From Octopus vulgaris (taxonomy: Eukaryota): a stretch of 64,000 bases of DNA. A program made the translations under genes and the position numbers. The notes under the pieces are model-generated. The model saw only the letters and a list, made by a program, of their open reading frames with translations, was not told the DNA's origin and did not search any database. Location of the stretch: assembly GCA_951406725.2 (NCBI GenBank), contig OX597830.1:44268001-44332000 (forward strand), in the 5' to 3' direction. Position 1 is the first letter of the stretch. Every line of letters starts with the position of its first letter. Of this stretch, positions 63,376-64,000 are shown one piece after another.

Positions 63376-63539
63376 GTTTGTATTCTCTAATAATTCTTTT
63401 TTCTGGACACAACCCCATGGTGCAATGCCTATTGCCACCACCTTATCCTTGCCAGATAATACAAATCCATAATCCCGAATAGCTTCTCCAACATGCTTCA
63501 TCACTCCAGCATGTAATCCTGCACTCGTAACCCAGGCAC
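63376..63539 (-). CDS. TRPM: TRPM exon (MHR1/2): GAWVTSAGLHAGVMKHVGEAIRDYGFVLSGKDKVVAIGIAPWGCVQKKELLENTN
   Basis: Splice sites ttacag|...|gtaagc; 164 nt, phase 1 to 0; conserved motifs. Confidence 0.95.
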
Positions 63540-64000
63540 CTGTAATGCAAGCAAACAAGAATTCAGCATTAGAGCTGGAGGAAATGCATTAAAATTCATT
63601 AGAATTTTCATTACTTTTACTAAAATATTTGATTTTCTGAGATGGAGACAGTTTTTGTTTGAGACTTAAATGCTTTACAATCTAGGTGAAAGTTTTGTTG
63701 AGGTCAACTTTGCCTTTCATCTTTTTGGTGTTGAGGAAATGAATTACCAAGTAAATAGTGGGGTTGATGGAATCGACTAGTTCCTCCCCCCTTTCCAAAA
63801 ATGGGAAAAAATTTGAGGCAGGCTTTGTACTAATAGCAGAAAGAATTAATTTAAGGTGATATCGTGGTAGAATTGGCAGCACAGAAGACAAAATACTTAG
63901 TGGCATTTCTTTCAGTTCTTTTCATTGTGAGTTCATATTCTGCCTTGGTGGACTTTGCCTTTCCTTCAGGCTTGATAAAATAAGTACCAATTGAACACTG

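Larger units (their letters stand above)
2506..63539 (-). other. TRPM: TRPM (melastatin-type TRP) cation channel gene, internal part (MHR1-4, pre-S1, S1-S2); spans the whole window
   Basis: 17 manually assembled GT-AG exons join in phase with no stop (1919 nt). Hallmark TRPM motifs appear in the correct order: [115 protein letters not shown]...EEVHQ. The paralogue cannot be assigned without the C-terminus. Confidence 0.96.

Overview
AT-rich, repeat-dense animal genomic DNA. Its SINE, RTE-LINE and microsatellite content looks like a coleoid cephalopod, probably Octopus (inferred, not verified). The whole window lies inside one minus-strand TRPM cation-channel gene. I assembled 17 phase-consistent GT-AG exons (1919 nt, 639 whole codons) running from the MHR N-terminal domains through pre-S1, S1 and S2; both gene ends lie outside the window. 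The introns hold RTE, CR1, Tx1-like and R4/Dong-like LINE remnants, mariner copies, hAT, piggyBac, mariner and Helitron-like MITEs, three tRNA-derived SINE families and a CpG-decayed tRNA-Leu pseudogene. The standout feature is an 8.4-kb intronic compound satellite (28470-36891). Its three monomers each match a developmental transcription-factor site at a fitting period: a 22/23-bp TCF/LEF HMG site plus C-clamp Helper site, a 9-bp TEAD/Scalloped repeat and a 10-bp CP2/Grainyhead repeat. They are arranged as ordered TCF>CP2>TEAD modules and sit between hAT-type terminal inverted repeats. Any function of the array is inference.
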